From: Chromera velia
Lineage: Eukaryota
Assembly (NCBI GenBank): GCA_018398765.1
Contig: JAHBMJ010000367.1
Span: 1-49,415 of the forward strand
Direction: 5' to 3'
Length of the DNA: 49,415 bases
Below the pieces are notes generated by a model. That model ran no database searches. It saw only the letters and a program-made list of their open reading frames with translations, and was not told the DNA's origin. Shown here piece by piece: positions 48,528 to 49,415 of the stretch. A program made the position numbers and the translations under genes. The stretch's first letter is position 1; each line of letters starts with the position of its first letter.

Positions 48528-49332
48528 TACGTATATACTGTTACGTATTACTGTATGGCTGCAGACTCAGCTGTCAGACTGTAATGTAGGGTAAGATAGT
48601 TTGTATGATAGTTATATGTTTGGAGGTCTCTGAGTCATGCAATTTATATGATGATACAAATCGAGAGCTAATTTCTGGGCTAATTTCCCTTCCTCCCAAG
48701 TACTCCCAAGCCTCCCCCGTCAAACACACAACTCTGTGAATTTGCTGTCTTCATTATTGCGGGCCTTGTTCCGGTCTGTCAAGCTACTTCCAGCGAATGT
48801 TTCAGATGAGACCAGAGCTGCCCGTCTCAGATGATGCTAGAGATGATGCTGACAATAAAGACCCAGATAAAGACCTCTTCTAGGACCTCTTGTTTGAATC
48901 CAATCATACCCAGCCTTGACGGCGTTTCTTCACAACCTTTCTTTTCTTTTCTCTTCTCTTTTCTCTAGTCGAGGTTCGCGAACGAACATGAAGAATTAAC
49001 TGATCGAATGAGAAGAGGGCCCCAAGTAGGGATATGGACGAGTATGCAGGGCTGGACAGAAAACGCTGCACGCCAACAAGTGGCTGCGAGTGAGTGAGTG
49101 AGTGAGCGAGCGAAAACGGTTGCCCTGCTTTACTGACTGTCATCCAGTCCATGCACCTAAATCAAACGACAGCATCCATCCATCTGTTCATATACCAATT
49201 TTTCACGATCGTTCCCCTGTCTAACTCTGACTGATCGACAGAGAGTAAATCCCCCCCCCCCCTCCCCATATGAATTACATATGGTCGTCAGGCCGTACAA
49301 CATCATCATGCTGTTTGGTTCTTTCTTTTTTC

Positions 49333-49368
<36 letters not shown>

Positions 49369-49379
49369 TTCCTTTCTTT

Positions 49380-49415
<36 letters not shown>

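Overview
This is eukaryotic nuclear DNA, rich in introns and microsatellites, so most six-frame ORFs are artefacts of simple repeats. The style (GT-AG introns full of SSRs, frequent TGCATGCA) suggests an alveolate such as a chromerid, but that is inference only. Genes spliced by hand: an intronless type II peroxiredoxin that looks cyanobacterial (4323-4886); Sec61-beta (-); a maltose/galactoside O-acetyltransferase with a 10-nt microexon; a 13-exon cytosolic-type serine hydroxymethyltransferase; an intronless orphan ORF (-); a multi-exon secreted orphan; a four-EF-hand protein with a probable signal peptide (-); and ribosomal protein eS24. Mobile and repetitive DNA: two related MITEs with 8-bp TSDs, a Ty3/gypsy remnant (LTR, PBS, gag) plus a related solo LTR, a decayed non-LTR retrotransposon next to a ~490-bp-arm inverted repeat, a ~2.3-kb TIR-bounded element containing a 38-bp minisatellite, and several satellites. 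There is no CRISPR array, rRNA or recognisable tRNA. I found no complete novel multi-gene system. The best leads are the likely horizontally acquired peroxiredoxin, the orphan secreted and EF-hand proteins, the atypical splice-donor usage and the hairpin beside the retroelement.
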